From NCBI GenBank assembly GCA_040005235.1, contig JBDTZG010000007.1, positions 64,001 to 128,000 on the forward strand: a stretch of 64,000 bases of DNA, given 5' to 3'. Origin of the DNA: Acidobacteriota bacterium (lineage in GTDB: Bacteria; Acidobacteriota; Thermoanaerobaculia; Multivoradales; UBA5704). The notes below the pieces were generated by a model. It worked only from the letters and a program-made list of their open reading frames with translations. It did not search any database and was not told where the DNA came from. Position numbers and translations under genes: made by a program. Shown here piece by piece: positions 1-9,533 of the stretch (position 1 is the stretch's first letter; each line of letters starts with the position of its first letter).

Positions 1-289
1 CGTAAGCGAAACAATCGCCCAGGTTCAGCGGGTAGAGAAGCCGAGCTTCGGCGGCGATGCGCGCTTGCTCGACATCCGGAGCAATGAAGCGGATGCCGCT
101 TGCGAGGAGGCGATCTTCGAGTTCGGGAGCCTGGTCTGGCTGCCGGTCGTGGAGGCGAATGAGGACTTCCGTCAGGTTGACCGTGCTCATGCGGAGCTCT
201 CCGGCATGTTCGGCCAAGCGATCGGCAGCCCAAACCGCGAGCGGCTCTTCGAAGTAGATGGCGAGGAGGACGGATGAATCGACAACCAC
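1..289 (-). CDS. vapC: VapC PIN-domain toxin (3' end runs off window)
   Basis: Not in the ORF track. Manual translation from GTG at 289 gives VVVDSSVLLAIYFEEP...STVNLTEV...LNLGDCFAY, which has the PIN acidic residues and the LNxGDCFAY motif. Lies directly downstream of an RHH antitoxin. Confidence 0.9.
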   Translation of the reverse strand, partial: MVVDSSVLLAIYFEEPLAVWAADRLAEHAGELRMSTVNLTEVLIRLHDRQPDQAPELEDRLLASGIRFIAPDVEQARIAAEARLLYPLNLGDCFAY

Positions 290-296
290 GCTTTTC

Positions 297-539
297 TCAA
301 TCGCCCCAGAGATCGTCGTCCGAACGGAAGCGAGAATTTGGATTCAGTGGTGTCTTGCACGCGAGACCAATCCACGAGTGGAAATCGGTGACGGGGGCTC
401 TGCTCTCGAGCGACCGCTCAAGGGTCTCCTCCACCGCGATCCGAACCGCTTCGGACTTGGTCTTAATCTGCCGGACCCGCATCAAACGCGACAGTCGATG
501 CTCGAACTCCTGGGTCAAGTGGATGTTGAGCTGGCTCAT
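297..539 (-). CDS. vapB: VapB-type ribbon-helix-helix antitoxin
   Basis: 80 aa from ATG 539 (MSQLNIHLTQEFEHRL...TKSEAVRIAVEE) with an RHH pattern; immediately upstream of the PIN gene. Confidence 0.8.
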   Translation of the reverse strand: MSQLNIHLTQEFEHRLSRLMRVRQIKTKSEAVRIAVEETLERSLESRAPVTDFHSWIGLACKTPLNPNSRFRSDDDLWGD

Positions 540-633
540 GGCTGGAGTATAGCGCACTGTTATAGATCAGATACAGAACAGCAGGGCGGTAGCGCGCCGT
601 AGCCTCGTCCTCCGCGCTATCCTCCCTCCACCC

Positions 634-3600
634 ATGCGCATCGACACCTTCGCCCCCCACCTCTCTGAAGCAGAAGCCGCAGAAATCATATTTTGGGTCT
701 GGGGACTCTCCGGCACGCTTCGCCGCCTGCCCGGCGAGTATGACAACAATTTCCACCTGACCCGTTTCGACGGGTCGCAGCGGGTGCTCAAGGTGATGCA
801 CCCGGAAAGGGAGGCATCGTTCGTCGATCTCCAGGCGGCGGCGCTTGCGCATGTCGCTCGGACGGCTCCGGATCTCGACATGCCGCGGGTGGTTCCCAAT
901 TCCGCGGGAACCCCTTGGACGCAGGTGAAGATGGCGCGCAAGTCGCGGTTGGTCTGGATGCTCGGCTGGATACCCGGCCGGCCGTTGGCGGAGGTGGAGG
1001 TGCGGACTCCTGAATTGCTGAGCGGCGTCGGCCGGCTGCTTGGGCGGGTCGGGGTGGCGCTTTCTGAATTCGAGCATCCGGCGCTCGATCGGGAGCTGCG
1101 GTGGGACCTGGTGCGGGCGGGGTGGATTCGCGAACGGCTGGATGCGATCAAGTTTCCCGCGCACCGTGCGGTGGTCGAGCGGGCTCTCGCGCGTTTCGAC
1201 GCGGAGGCGGTCCCGGTGCTCGCGACCTTGCCGAAGGTCGCGATCCATGGGGATGCGAACGATTGGAATGTCCTCGTTCAAGGCGGGAGCGGCCGGGCGC
1301 CCGAGGCGGTGTCGCTGATCGACTTCGGCGACATGGTGCGCTCGCCGCGGATCTGTGATTTGGCGATCGGGGCGGCGTATGCCTTGTTTGGCGTGGACGA
1401 TCCGCTCGCCGCTCTGGAGCACGTGGTGGCGGGTTACGCACAGGTGGCGCCACTCACAGAGATAGAGGTCGAGATCCTAGCTCCGCTCGTGGCGATGCGG
1501 CTTGCGGTGTCGGTGACAAACGCCGCGATTCGTCGCTCGCTGGCTCCGCATGATCCGTATGTCTCGGTAAGCGCAGCGCCCGCTTGGGCGACGCTTGAAG
1601 CTCTGGATCGAATTCCTCCGCGCCTGGTGCGCGCGACGGTTCGCCATGCTTACGGGCTGGTCCCGCTGGCGATCCCCGCGATGAAAAGCCGCAAAAGGCA
1701 AGCGCCCGCGCCGATCCTCGCGCCGCGGCTGCTCGGTCGCCTGTCGAGGATTCGCCCGCTCGATCTTTCGGTGGGGAGTCTGATGCTCGGGGCCGATCCA
1801 CGAAATCTCGAACCCTCAGGGCTGCGCGCGCTGATCGAGCGCGAGCTTGGGCCGGGAGAGACTGCGGAGATCGGTCTAGGGAGCTACGGCGAGGCGCGCC
1901 TGCTCGATCCGCTGGGGCCGATTCCGCCCGAGCCGGGAATCGAGCCGGCGACGATTCAGCTGGGTGCGGAGCTTTACCTGCCCGCGGGGAGCGAGATCCG
2001 TTCGCCGTTCGCGGGAACGGTGGTCGAAGTTCTGGAGACGGAGGTAGGGGCGCGGGTGCTGATCCAACACCCAGCCCTCACCCTCTGGCTCGGTCTCGCT
2101 GCAAATTCCCTCCCCGCCGTCGGCACCGCCATCAAACGCGGCGCCTCGATCGGTCGAGTGGCGGGACCGGAAGAAAACGGCGGCTGGCCGCCGCACGTCC
2201 GGCTTCAGCTTCTTGCCGACGATCTCGGCCTCGGCGCGCGGTTCCCGACGGCGGCTCGGCCCAGCGAGCGCGCGGTCTGGCAGGCGCTGTCGCCCGACCC
2301 GACGGCGCTGCTCGGCATACCGGCCGATCGCCTTCCGGCGCCGCTTCCGACGTTCGACGAGATCCTCGCCGCCCGTCGCTCTCGGGTGGGGCGCAACCTC
2401 TCGTTGTCGTATCGCCGGCCGCTCGAAATCGTGCGCGGGTTTCGCCAACATCTGTTCGACGCGGACGGCCGCGCCTATCTGGACGTTTACAACAACGTCG
2501 CCCATGTGGGGCACCAGCACCCGCGGGTGGTCGAGGCGATCCAGGCACAGGCGGGGCTGCTCAACACCAACACCCGCTATCTGCATCCGAACCTGGTGCG
2601 CTACGCCGAGCGGCTGGCTCAAAAAATGCCGGCAAAAATGCCCGCACCGCTTTCGGTGGTTTACGTCGTCAACTCGGCGAGCGAAGCGAACGAGCTTGCA
2701 CTTCGGCTCGCACGGGCCGCAACAGGCGGGCGGGATCTGATCGTGCTCGAAGCGGCGTACCACGGCCACACCACGAGCCTGATCGACGCGAGCCCCTACA
2801 AGCACGACGGACCGGGGGGCGCGGGGGCGCCCGATTGGGTGCACACGGCCCCGATTCCGGACGACTACCGCGGCGCGTGGAAACGCGGCGACCGCCAAGC
2901 GGGACCGAACTTCGCGCGACCGGTCGAAGAGATCGCGACGCGGCTCGCGCGGGAGGGGAAGCGCGTGACCTTCCTCGCGGAATCTTGCCCCAGCGTCGGC
3001 GGACAGATCGTGCCGCCGCCGGGATATCTCGAAGCGGTCTACCGCGCGGTGCGAAGTCACGGCGGCGTGGTCATCGCGGACGAAGTGCAGACCGGGTTCG
3101 GACGTCTGGGCCACGCGTTCTGGGGTTTCGAGCTGCAAGGCGTGGTGCCCGACATCGTGGTGCTCGGCAAGCCGATCGGCAACGGCCACCCGCTGGGCGC
3201 CGTCGTTACGACCCCGGAGATCGCTGCCGCGTTCGACAACGGGATGGAGTTCTTCTCCACCTTCGGAGGCAACCCCGTCTCCTGCGCCGCCGGCCTTGCG
3301 GTGCTCGACGTGGTCGAAGAGGAAGGGCTCCAAGAAAACGCCCGCCGGGTGGGCGATCGCCTGCTCGCGGATCTCCGTGCGCTGACCGAAAAGCACGAGA
3401 TCGCAGGAGATGCCCGCGGCGCGGGGCTCTTCTTGGGGCTGGAGCTGGTCCGCGACCGCAAGACGCTCGAACCCGCCACGGAAGAAGCCGCCTATGCCGT
3501 CGACCGCCTCCGCGACCTTGGAATCCTCGCCGGTACCGACGGCCCGCACCACAATGTGATCAAGCTCCGTCCCGCGATGATCTTCGCCGAGGCGGATGCC

Positions 3601-3651
3601 GAGCGGCTGATTGCGGGGTTGGATCAGGTGTTGGGGGAGCTGAAAAACTGA
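634..3651 (+). CDS. Fusion of APH/homoserine-kinase-like phosphotransferase, degenerate M23-like domain and class III PLP aminotransferase/phospho-lyase
   Basis: Kinase motifs IHGDANDWN and LIDFGD; class III motifs [40 protein letters not shown]. Confidence 0.9.
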   Translation: MRIDTFAPHLSEAEAAEIIFWVWGLSGTLRRLPGEYDNNFHLTRFDGSQRVLKVMHPEREASFVDLQAAALAHVARTAPDLDMPRVVPNSAGTPWTQVKMARKSRLVWMLGWIPGRPLAEVEVRTPELLSGVGRLLGRVGVALSEFEHPALDRELRWDLVRAGWIRERLDAIKFPAHRAVVERALARFDAEAVPVLATLPKVAIHGDANDWNVLVQGGSGRAPEAVSLIDFGDMVRSPRICDLAIGAAYALFGVDDPLAALEHVVAGYAQVAPLTEIEVEILAPLVAMRLAVSVTNAAIRRSLAPHDPYVSVSAAPAWATLEALDRIPPRLVRATVRHAYGLVPLAIPAMKSRKRQAPAPILAPRLLGRLSRIRPLDLSVGSLMLGADPRNLEPSGLRALIERELGPGETAEIGLGSYGEARLLDPLGPIPPEPGIEPATIQLGAELYLPAGSEIRSPFAGTVVEVLETEVGARVLIQHPALTLWLGLAANSLPAVGTAIKRGASIGRVAGPEENGGWPPHVRLQLLADDLGLGARFPTAARPSERAVWQALSPDPTALLGIPADRLPAPLPTFDEILAARRSRVGRNLSLSYRRPLEIVRGFRQHLFDADGRAYLDVYNNVAHVGHQHPRVVEAIQAQAGLLNTNTRYLHPNLVRYAERLAQKMPAKMPAPLSVVYVVNSASEANELALRLARAATGGRDLIVLEAAYHGHTTSLIDASPYKHDGPGGAGAPDWVHTAPIPDDYRGAWKRGDRQAGPNFARPVEEIATRLAREGKRVTFLAESCPSVGGQIVPPPGYLEAVYRAVRSHGGVVIADEVQTGFGRLGHAFWGFELQGVVPDIVVLGKPIGNGHPLGAVVTTPEIAAAFDNGMEFFSTFGGNPVSCAAGLAVLDVVEEEGLQENARRVGDRLLADLRALTEKHEIAGDARGAGLFLGLELVRDRKTLEPATEEAAYAVDRLRDLGILAGTDGPHHNVIKLRPAMIFAEADAERLIAGLDQVLGELKN

Positions 3652-3686
3652 GGGGCCCGCCCATCGGTGCGCCCTCAAGCCTGGAC

Positions 3687-5273
3687 CTACCCCTTCGGTA
3701 CCGCCTGAAACTCCGCGCGGCCCCAGATCGTCGTGCCGTCGCTCAAGCCGCCGAGGGTGAAAGCCATCTTCTGGCCGACGTTCCTCACCTTGATCACGGT
3801 CTGGAAGCGGGCGAGCGTGCCCGCGGGGAGAGTCGCGGGAAGGTTCGCTTGGAGGCGCGAGCCGGCGAGCTCGGAGCGGCGACCTTCGGTGTCGAGGATT
3901 GCGACCGCGAGCGGCAGCTCAATCCTTTGCGGGCCGGGCGCTCTTCCTTCGAGCAGCAACTCGACCGGCACGCCGAGCGTCACGGGGATTTCGACCTCTT
4001 TGCGGTTCAGCCGCTTCGGCGCGCCGAGTAGCACGTATAGCCTTTGGCGAGTCGGATCTCCGCCGAGCAGGAGGACCCCTTCGGCGCGGGCCGCTGCGTC
4101 CCGGCTCGACGTACGGTCGAGGAACGAGCCGCGGGTGCGGACGGTAAGCCCCGGCCGGGTGACTTTGACTTCCACGTGGTGGCGAATCTCGTTGGCTTTC
4201 CAGGCCGGGCTGAAGCCGAGGAGATAGTAGGAGCTGGTGTCCTGCTCGACCGCGGGGAGGATTCGCAGATTCGCGGCGACCACGGCATGACCTCCGGTGG
4301 CGCGGCCGAGCTGGTCGAAGGCGGAGATTTCACTGGCGCTCGAATTCGCCAGGTCGACGGGATAGATCGTGTAGCCGTTCTGGTCCGCCGCCGCGAGCAG
4401 CGGCCCGAACAGATGTCCTGCCACCTGCATCGACCAGGCGCCCGAGAGCAGCAGCATCACTTTGCGGCCCGGCGGGGCCTCGAGCCCGCGAAGAGCGCCC
4501 GCGAGCGCTTCGGTCACTTTACCGATCTCCGTGCGCGCCTCGGGGCTGATGCGTTTCGACATCGTGTCGATCAGGTTGCGGGCGGAGTTGGCGCCCTGGG
4601 TCGAATCGCCATCGGCCAACGCCTCGCCGTTTTCCCGAATGAAGTCGGTATCTCCTTCCAGGCGCCGCTGATCGGCGATCAGCCGGTTGCCGACCGCGGG
4701 GCGCTGACGCGCCCGGTCGAGCGCGGCGGCGACCTGCTTCGGGTCGCCGGTCCACGGGCAGAGGACGTCGATCTTCTTGCCGTCGAACGCGAGGACCGAG
4801 ACGCGATCCGCCGGCCCCAGAGTCGAAAGATCGGTTGCCAGATGCGCGAGCACCACGTCGCGCACGTTGGCGAGGGCGAACACCTCGTCGATGTAGATCA
4901 GATAGTTGCGCGCCACCCGCTCCGGCTCCGGCGCGGCGACCGGAACTTTCGCCGTCGTCGCCGTCGCCGCCGTCGTCACCGCGGACGAGCTCGAAGGCTT
5001 CACCTCCGCGCCTTCGGCGATCTCGGAGAAATAATCGACACCCACCTTCTTGCCGTCGACGATCAGCTCGAAATCCCCGCGGCCGAGGTTTCGGACGCGC
5101 TTACCGGCGGCGTCGGTGATCACCGCTTCGACGTTCACCACCCTCACCTCGACCTCTTCGCCTTCGATCCGAGGAGGATCGTCTTTTTTCGTCGCGGCAA
5201 AGCCGGTACCGAGCGCGAGAACGCCGAACACGAGTCCACCGAGAATGAGACCGACCGCGGGACGTTGCAACAT
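3687..5273 (-). CDS. Secreted VWA-domain protein (acidobacterial VWFA-related type)
   Basis: Signal peptide from ATG 5273; VEVRVVNVEAVITD..G..V.NL...DF, GRKVMLLLSG, ATGG, YYLLGF, VRTR motifs. Confidence 0.8.
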   Translation of the reverse strand: MLQRPAVGLILGGLVFGVLALGTGFAATKKDDPPRIEGEEVEVRVVNVEAVITDAAGKRVRNLGRGDFELIVDGKKVGVDYFSEIAEGAEVKPSSSSAVTTAATATTAKVPVAAPEPERVARNYLIYIDEVFALANVRDVVLAHLATDLSTLGPADRVSVLAFDGKKIDVLCPWTGDPKQVAAALDRARQRPAVGNRLIADQRRLEGDTDFIRENGEALADGDSTQGANSARNLIDTMSKRISPEARTEIGKVTEALAGALRGLEAPPGRKVMLLLSGAWSMQVAGHLFGPLLAAADQNGYTIYPVDLANSSASEISAFDQLGRATGGHAVVAANLRILPAVEQDTSSYYLLGFSPAWKANEIRHHVEVKVTRPGLTVRTRGSFLDRTSSRDAAARAEGVLLLGGDPTRQRLYVLLGAPKRLNRKEVEIPVTLGVPVELLLEGRAPGPQRIELPLAVAILDTEGRRSELAGSRLQANLPATLPAGTLARFQTVIKVRNVGQKMAFTLGGLSDGTTIWGRAEFQAVPKG

Positions 5274-5390
5274 GGAGGGTTCCTTCCGTCGAAAAGCTAC
5301 GAATCGCGAGAGTATGCCGTTCGCGGGCGGCGCGCATCCGGGCAGGGACGAACGGCACCATTTCGTTCTCGCGTGCCTCTTGCACCAGGG

Positions 5391-5406
5391 CGGCATCGAA
5401 CTTGCT
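5391..5406 (+). promoter_or_regulatory. Putative sigma-54 (-24/-12) promoter
   Basis: CGGCATCGAACTTGCT = GG-N10-GC with a TTGC -12 element, about 115 bp upstream of the small membrane gene. Confidence 0.5.
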
Positions 5407-5520
5407 CTTTGGCAGTGCATCTCGGCAAGGTGCTCGGGATTCAACGATGGAAAGATTCGACGGACAGCATCGGCTGGCCGATCGGTTCCCGGACTGAACG
5501 CTCTCGAAGGAGGAGTCAAA

Positions 5521-5670
5521 ATGCTTTGGACGATCGTCGTGATTCTGCTGGTGCTTTGGGTGCTGGGGCTCGTCACCTCCTACACCATGGGTGGCATGAT
5601 TCACATCCTGCTGGTCATCGCCATCGTGGTCATCCTGGTTCGCCTGATACAAGGTAGACGACCCATCTGA
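5521..5670 (+). CDS. lmo0937-family small membrane protein
   Basis: 49 aa MLWTIVVILLVLWVLGLVTSYTMGGMIHILLVIAIVVILVRLIQGRRPI; AGGAG RBS. Confidence 0.9.
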   Translation: MLWTIVVILLVLWVLGLVTSYTMGGMIHILLVIAIVVILVRLIQGRRPI

Positions 5671-5861
5671 CCCGAAGTCCTGTCTCCCGGGTCGGCCCTC
5701 TCCGCTTCGCCGCGGATCGGGGCCGGCCCGAAGCCCTCTCTCGACCTTCGGTCGGCAAGCCTTTCCGGTCCTTCTTTTCCCTGTCAGAAAATCCGGCTTT
5801 CTGAGGCGTCCGCCGCCCATCGATGGGCGCCACCGCCTTTTGTGGCAGAGTAACGGCCGGG

Positions 5862-6677
5862 ATGTATGACGAGTTCTACGGCTTTACCGAGCCACCGTTC
5901 AACCTGACACCGGATCCGCGGTTCCTGTTTTTCTCGGACCGCCATCGCGAGGCGTACAACCACGTCCTGTTCGGCCTTCAGGAGCGCAAAGGCTTCATCC
6001 AGCTGACTGGAGAGGTCGGGGCGGGCAAGACCACGATCTGCCGCGCGCTGCTCGAACAGCTCGGATCGCGCTACAAGACGGCGCTGATCCTGAATCCGAT
6101 GCTCACCTCGGCGCAGCTGATCCGCACTATCTTGGTCGAGCTGGGCCTGCCGCACCACTCGCGGATCGACCGAGTGACCGCGCTCGAAACGCTCAATCGC
6201 TTTCTGCTCGAACAGCTCGATTCCGGCAACGACGTGGTGCTGGTGATCGACGAGGCGCAGGATCTCGATGCCGAGCTGCTCGAACAGGTGCGCCTGCTCT
6301 CGAACCTGGAAACCGACCAGAGGAAGCTGCTGCAGATCGTGCTGATCGGCCAGCCGGAGCTGCGCGACAAGCTGAACGACCGGCGCCTGCGCCAACTGCG
6401 CCAGCGGATCACCGTGCGCTACCACCTCGCGCCGCTAAGCCTTGCCGAGACGGAGCAGTACGTCCAGCATCGTTTGCAGGTGGCGGGGGCCAACGGCCGG
6501 CCGACTTTCACGCGCTGGGCGATCCGGCGCATCCACCGTTATGCCGGAGGCGTACCCCGCTTGATCAACGCGGTGTGCGACAAGGCGCTGCTCTGCGGCT
6601 TCGTCCTCGGCGCCGACGAGCTGAGATTCCGCCACGTCGGGCGGGCGATCAGCGAGCTCGAAGGAGTAGCCTCTTGA
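5862..6677 (+). CDS. exeA: ExeA/GspA-family AAA ATPase (short form)
   Basis: MY..FYGF.EPPF..TPDPRFLF, Walker A GEVGAGKTT, Walker B VIDEAQ, LIGQPEL, GGVPRLIN. Confidence 0.88.
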   Translation: MYDEFYGFTEPPFNLTPDPRFLFFSDRHREAYNHVLFGLQERKGFIQLTGEVGAGKTTICRALLEQLGSRYKTALILNPMLTSAQLIRTILVELGLPHHSRIDRVTALETLNRFLLEQLDSGNDVVLVIDEAQDLDAELLEQVRLLSNLETDQRKLLQIVLIGQPELRDKLNDRRLRQLRQRITVRYHLAPLSLAETEQYVQHRLQVAGANGRPTFTRWAIRRIHRYAGGVPRLINAVCDKALLCGFVLGADELRFRHVGRAISELEGVAS

Positions 6678-7474
6678 GTCTGATCGATGAAGCGCTCAAA
6701 CGCGCCCGCCACGAAGCCTCGCGCCAAGAAGCGGTAAAGCGCGACGCCGCCCGCCACGACGGCCCGCGCCCGATTCCCAGGCTCTACGCCGAGCGGCAAT
6801 CGGGTCGCGCCCCGCTCTGGGCCGGCATCGCGACGGGAGCCGTGGTGGCGCTTCTTGCGGTGATCGCCTGGCTGCTCTGGGGCCGTCCGCCCGTTGCGCC
6901 TCCGATGGCCCCGGTCGTAGTGGAGGTTCCGGAGGTCCCCGCGGGTTCCGCCACGCCGGTTCGACCGGGGCCGCCCGTTGCGGCTGTGCCCAACCCCTCG
7001 ACCCCTGCCGCGGCTCGTAAAGAAGCGGCGTCCGCGCCCAGGGTCTCCCGGTCGGAGGCGCCTTCTGTTGCCCCAGTCGCACCGGCCCCGGCGGCCTCCG
7101 CTGTCGTTCCATCTGCCGCACCGATCGGGCCCATCTCATCGCCGCTCGTTCGTGAGCAGCCCCCCAAGCTCCGCGAGTCGCCGGCCGCGGCACCGAGGCC
7201 CCCCTCGGCGCCACGCTCCGGATCAACCTCCGCCGCAGGATCGGGCTCGACGGCGGCACCTCAGACCTACGTTCGTGAAACGACCCTCCCCGGCGGCGGC
7301 CCCCACTTCCGCCTAGGCGGAATCGCCTACTCCGAAGAGGCGCCGATCGCCCTGATCAACGGTGCCGCCTTGGGCAGGGGAGAAGTGGTCGAGGGCTACG
7401 TCGTCCGTCGCATCGACGCGGCGGAAGTGGAGCTGGAAGGGCCGGGCGGGCGGGTGGTGTTGCGGTTGAAGTAG
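6674..7474 (+). CDS. ExeB/GspB-like membrane-anchored protein
   Basis: TTG start overlaps the exeA stop; (M)SLIDEALKRA N-terminus, one TM helix, Pro/Ala linker, C-terminal LGGIAYS..PIALING...GEVVEGY.V.RI domain. Confidence 0.75.
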   Translation: MSLIDEALKRARHEASRQEAVKRDAARHDGPRPIPRLYAERQSGRAPLWAGIATGAVVALLAVIAWLLWGRPPVAPPMAPVVVEVPEVPAGSATPVRPGPPVAAVPNPSTPAAARKEAASAPRVSRSEAPSVAPVAPAPAASAVVPSAAPIGPISSPLVREQPPKLRESPAAAPRPPSAPRSGSTSAAGSGSTAAPQTYVRETTLPGGGPHFRLGGIAYSEEAPIALINGAALGRGEVVEGYVVRRIDAAEVELEGPGGRVVLRLK

Positions 7475-7558
7475 GGCAGTCTGGAGGAGGCAGCCTCCCT
7501 TGAGCCGGGTGAGCTGCGACGCGCTCGGCAGCTCCCCGGCTCGATCGCCCGCTTCCGT

Positions 7559-8764
7559 TCAAATCCGGCGCTCGTTGAACTTCCCGAATAGGAAGGACCC
7601 GGAGCTGATGCCGGCCAGGAACAGAAGCTCCTTGGAGAAGGCGGGCATCTCCATGTTCGACAACACCTGCCAGACAAAGATGGCACCTAAGGCCACCGTC
7701 CAGAGGACGGCCTGCAGCCTGGCCAGGCTGGGAGCGTCGCCATCCTTGAGGAGATCGGAGAAGAACCCGACGTTCGTCTGATAGACCGGAGCCACCTTCT
7801 GTTCTCCAGCGATCTGTTGCATCCGCTGGCCGGCGGCCATGGCGTCCGCCGGTGCAGCACCGGCGGTGAGGTTGGGCCGGAGCGCGGCCACTTCATTTTT
7901 CGCTTCGTCCGCCTTGGCTTTCTCCTGTTCCTTACCCTTCTGCATGACTCCCGCGGTTGCGGTCGTGGCCACGCTGACTCCCAAGAGAATGAGCGCCTCC
8001 GGGGTGAAGCTCTCGTAATTTCCCGTCGAGACGAGGATGACGATCCAACCGGAAAAGACGATCGCGGTCCACCATGCCAGCTGCGTGCGTCCGAGGCTCC
8101 AGGGTCTGGCACCGACGGGATTGGGATTGGGATCGGGTTTGGGATCGGGTTCCTTCAAAAGACCGGGGAATATCCGGACGAGAACGAGGACCAAGAGAGA
8201 AAGACCTAGGAAGAGAAGCAGGGCCGTCGTCTTCTCCAGACGAGGCTGCGTCACTGCGACGTCTACGAGCTGAGTGATCGGGGTGGAGCAATTCGCGGTG
8301 GCGGCGGCAGTCAAAGAGACTTGGTGGCCTTCCACTGTCCCGAGAAGGTTTTTCGGCAGCGAGGAGATCTCGTACCCGAAGCGGTTCCCGCCCAGCGCAG
8401 AACTTTCCTTCGGATTGTTCTTCAGAGGAACTATCTTTCCATCGAGACAGAGATGGGGCAGGACGAGCCCGCCCTCGCCTCCCACCGTTACGATCAAGGT
8501 GTCTCCCGGGCCGAGGCAGACGACCTTCCCTGGTCCTTTCGCGCTGCCGCACCATCCGGCGTTGCGATTCGATTCGAGATCCAGCTTGCGAGGCGTCGGC
8601 GCGGCTCCCTCGTTGTTTGCCGGGTCTTTCTTCGTGCCTGGTTTAGCTGCGTCGTCCTTGGCGGATTCGGCGGGTTTCACGGGCGTGCCCGCGTTATCCT
8701 GTGGCAGAGCGAAAGCGGCGCGAACGGCGAGGAACCCGACAACGGCGAGCGGGGCGAGACGCAT
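7559..8764 (-). CDS. Hypothetical membrane protein (signal peptide, 4-Cys extracellular domain, about 5 TM)
   Basis: Internal repeat SLGRTQLAWWT...ILLGVS / SLARLQAVLWT...FLAGIS; AGGAG RBS. Confidence 0.7.
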   Translation of the reverse strand: MRLAPLAVVGFLAVRAAFALPQDNAGTPVKPAESAKDDAAKPGTKKDPANNEGAAPTPRKLDLESNRNAGWCGSAKGPGKVVCLGPGDTLIVTVGGEGGLVLPHLCLDGKIVPLKNNPKESSALGGNRFGYEISSLPKNLLGTVEGHQVSLTAAATANCSTPITQLVDVAVTQPRLEKTTALLLFLGLSLLVLVLVRIFPGLLKEPDPKPDPNPNPVGARPWSLGRTQLAWWTAIVFSGWIVILVSTGNYESFTPEALILLGVSVATTATAGVMQKGKEQEKAKADEAKNEVAALRPNLTAGAAPADAMAAGQRMQQIAGEQKVAPVYQTNVGFFSDLLKDGDAPSLARLQAVLWTVALGAIFVWQVLSNMEMPAFSKELLFLAGISSGSFLFGKFNERRI

Positions 8765-8798
8765 GGCGACTTCTCCTTTCCCATTTGGACGGAACCGG

Positions 8799-9443
8799 AT
8801 GGCTGCTTCCGAGCCTCAAATCCCTTGGAAAGAGACCATAGCGATCACGCCGGAGGAATCGGAGAACCTGGCGATCATCGAGCGCTACTTCGCCGTGATC
8901 CATTCGGGCGGGGATCCGTTTCCCCGTCTGGCGCCGCGGGTTGCGCTGCGCCGCCTCGCCCCAGCCGACCTCGAAGACTTTCAGGCCTACCGCTCCGATC
9001 CGGAGGTTGCCCGCTACCAGAGCTGGTCCTCGATGTCGGTAGCCGAAGCCACGGCGTTTCTCACCGAACGAGAAACTGCGCCGTTCGGCCGGCCGGGGTG
9101 GTTTCAGATCGGCATCGCTGAACGCTCAACCGGCCGTCTTGTGGGCGACATCGGCATCTGCCTGCACCGCAACGCATCCGAGCCCGCCGAGATCGGCTTC
9201 ACTCTGGCGACTCTGTGGCAGCGCCAAGGTTTGGCATCCGAAGCGGTGCGCGAAACCCTCGCCATGCTGTTCGAGAACACGGAAGTCGCCCAGGTCATCG
9301 CGATCACCGATACGCGCAACCTGGCTTCGATCCGTCTGCTCGAACGGGTGGGCTTTCTGTTGAGCCGGACGATCCCCGCCTCCTTTCGCGGCGAGCCGTG
9401 CACCGAGCACGTGTTCGTGCTGGGTCGTTCCGTCAAAACCTGA
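8799..9443 (+). CDS. RimJ/RimL-type GNAT N-acetyltransferase
   Basis: LRRL..AD...F.AYRSDPEVARYQSW, EIGFTL...QRQGLASEA, N.ASIRLLERVGF; start uncertain. Confidence 0.85.
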   Translation: MAASEPQIPWKETIAITPEESENLAIIERYFAVIHSGGDPFPRLAPRVALRRLAPADLEDFQAYRSDPEVARYQSWSSMSVAEATAFLTERETAPFGRPGWFQIGIAERSTGRLVGDIGICLHRNASEPAEIGFTLATLWQRQGLASEAVRETLAMLFENTEVAQVIAITDTRNLASIRLLERVGFLLSRTIPASFRGEPCTEHVFVLGRSVKT

Positions 9444-9533
9444 AGCCGGCACCCCGCCCTAGGTCGAATGAAGCTGGCCGTTGTGCGGGATGCCGCCCGG
9501 GATGCCGCCGAGGTCGTCGATAGCTTGCCGGGC

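Noticed and set aside
2622-2646. 12-bp near-duplication encoding KMPAKMPA
   Set aside because: Small in-frame duplication in a loop; no evident significance
1876-3678. 600-aa antisense ORF (similarly 4044-5657, 30334-32094, 49044-50348)
   Set aside because: Antisense shadows of well-supported genes
5670-5820. Intergenic tract with hairpin TCAGAAA-N7-TTTCTGA resembling array units
   Set aside because: No consistent 21-bp register found; only a short hairpin
8117-8151. 6-bp repeats (GGGATT/GGGATC)
   Set aside because: Encode a PDPKPDPNPNP linker; ordinary low-complexity coding sequence
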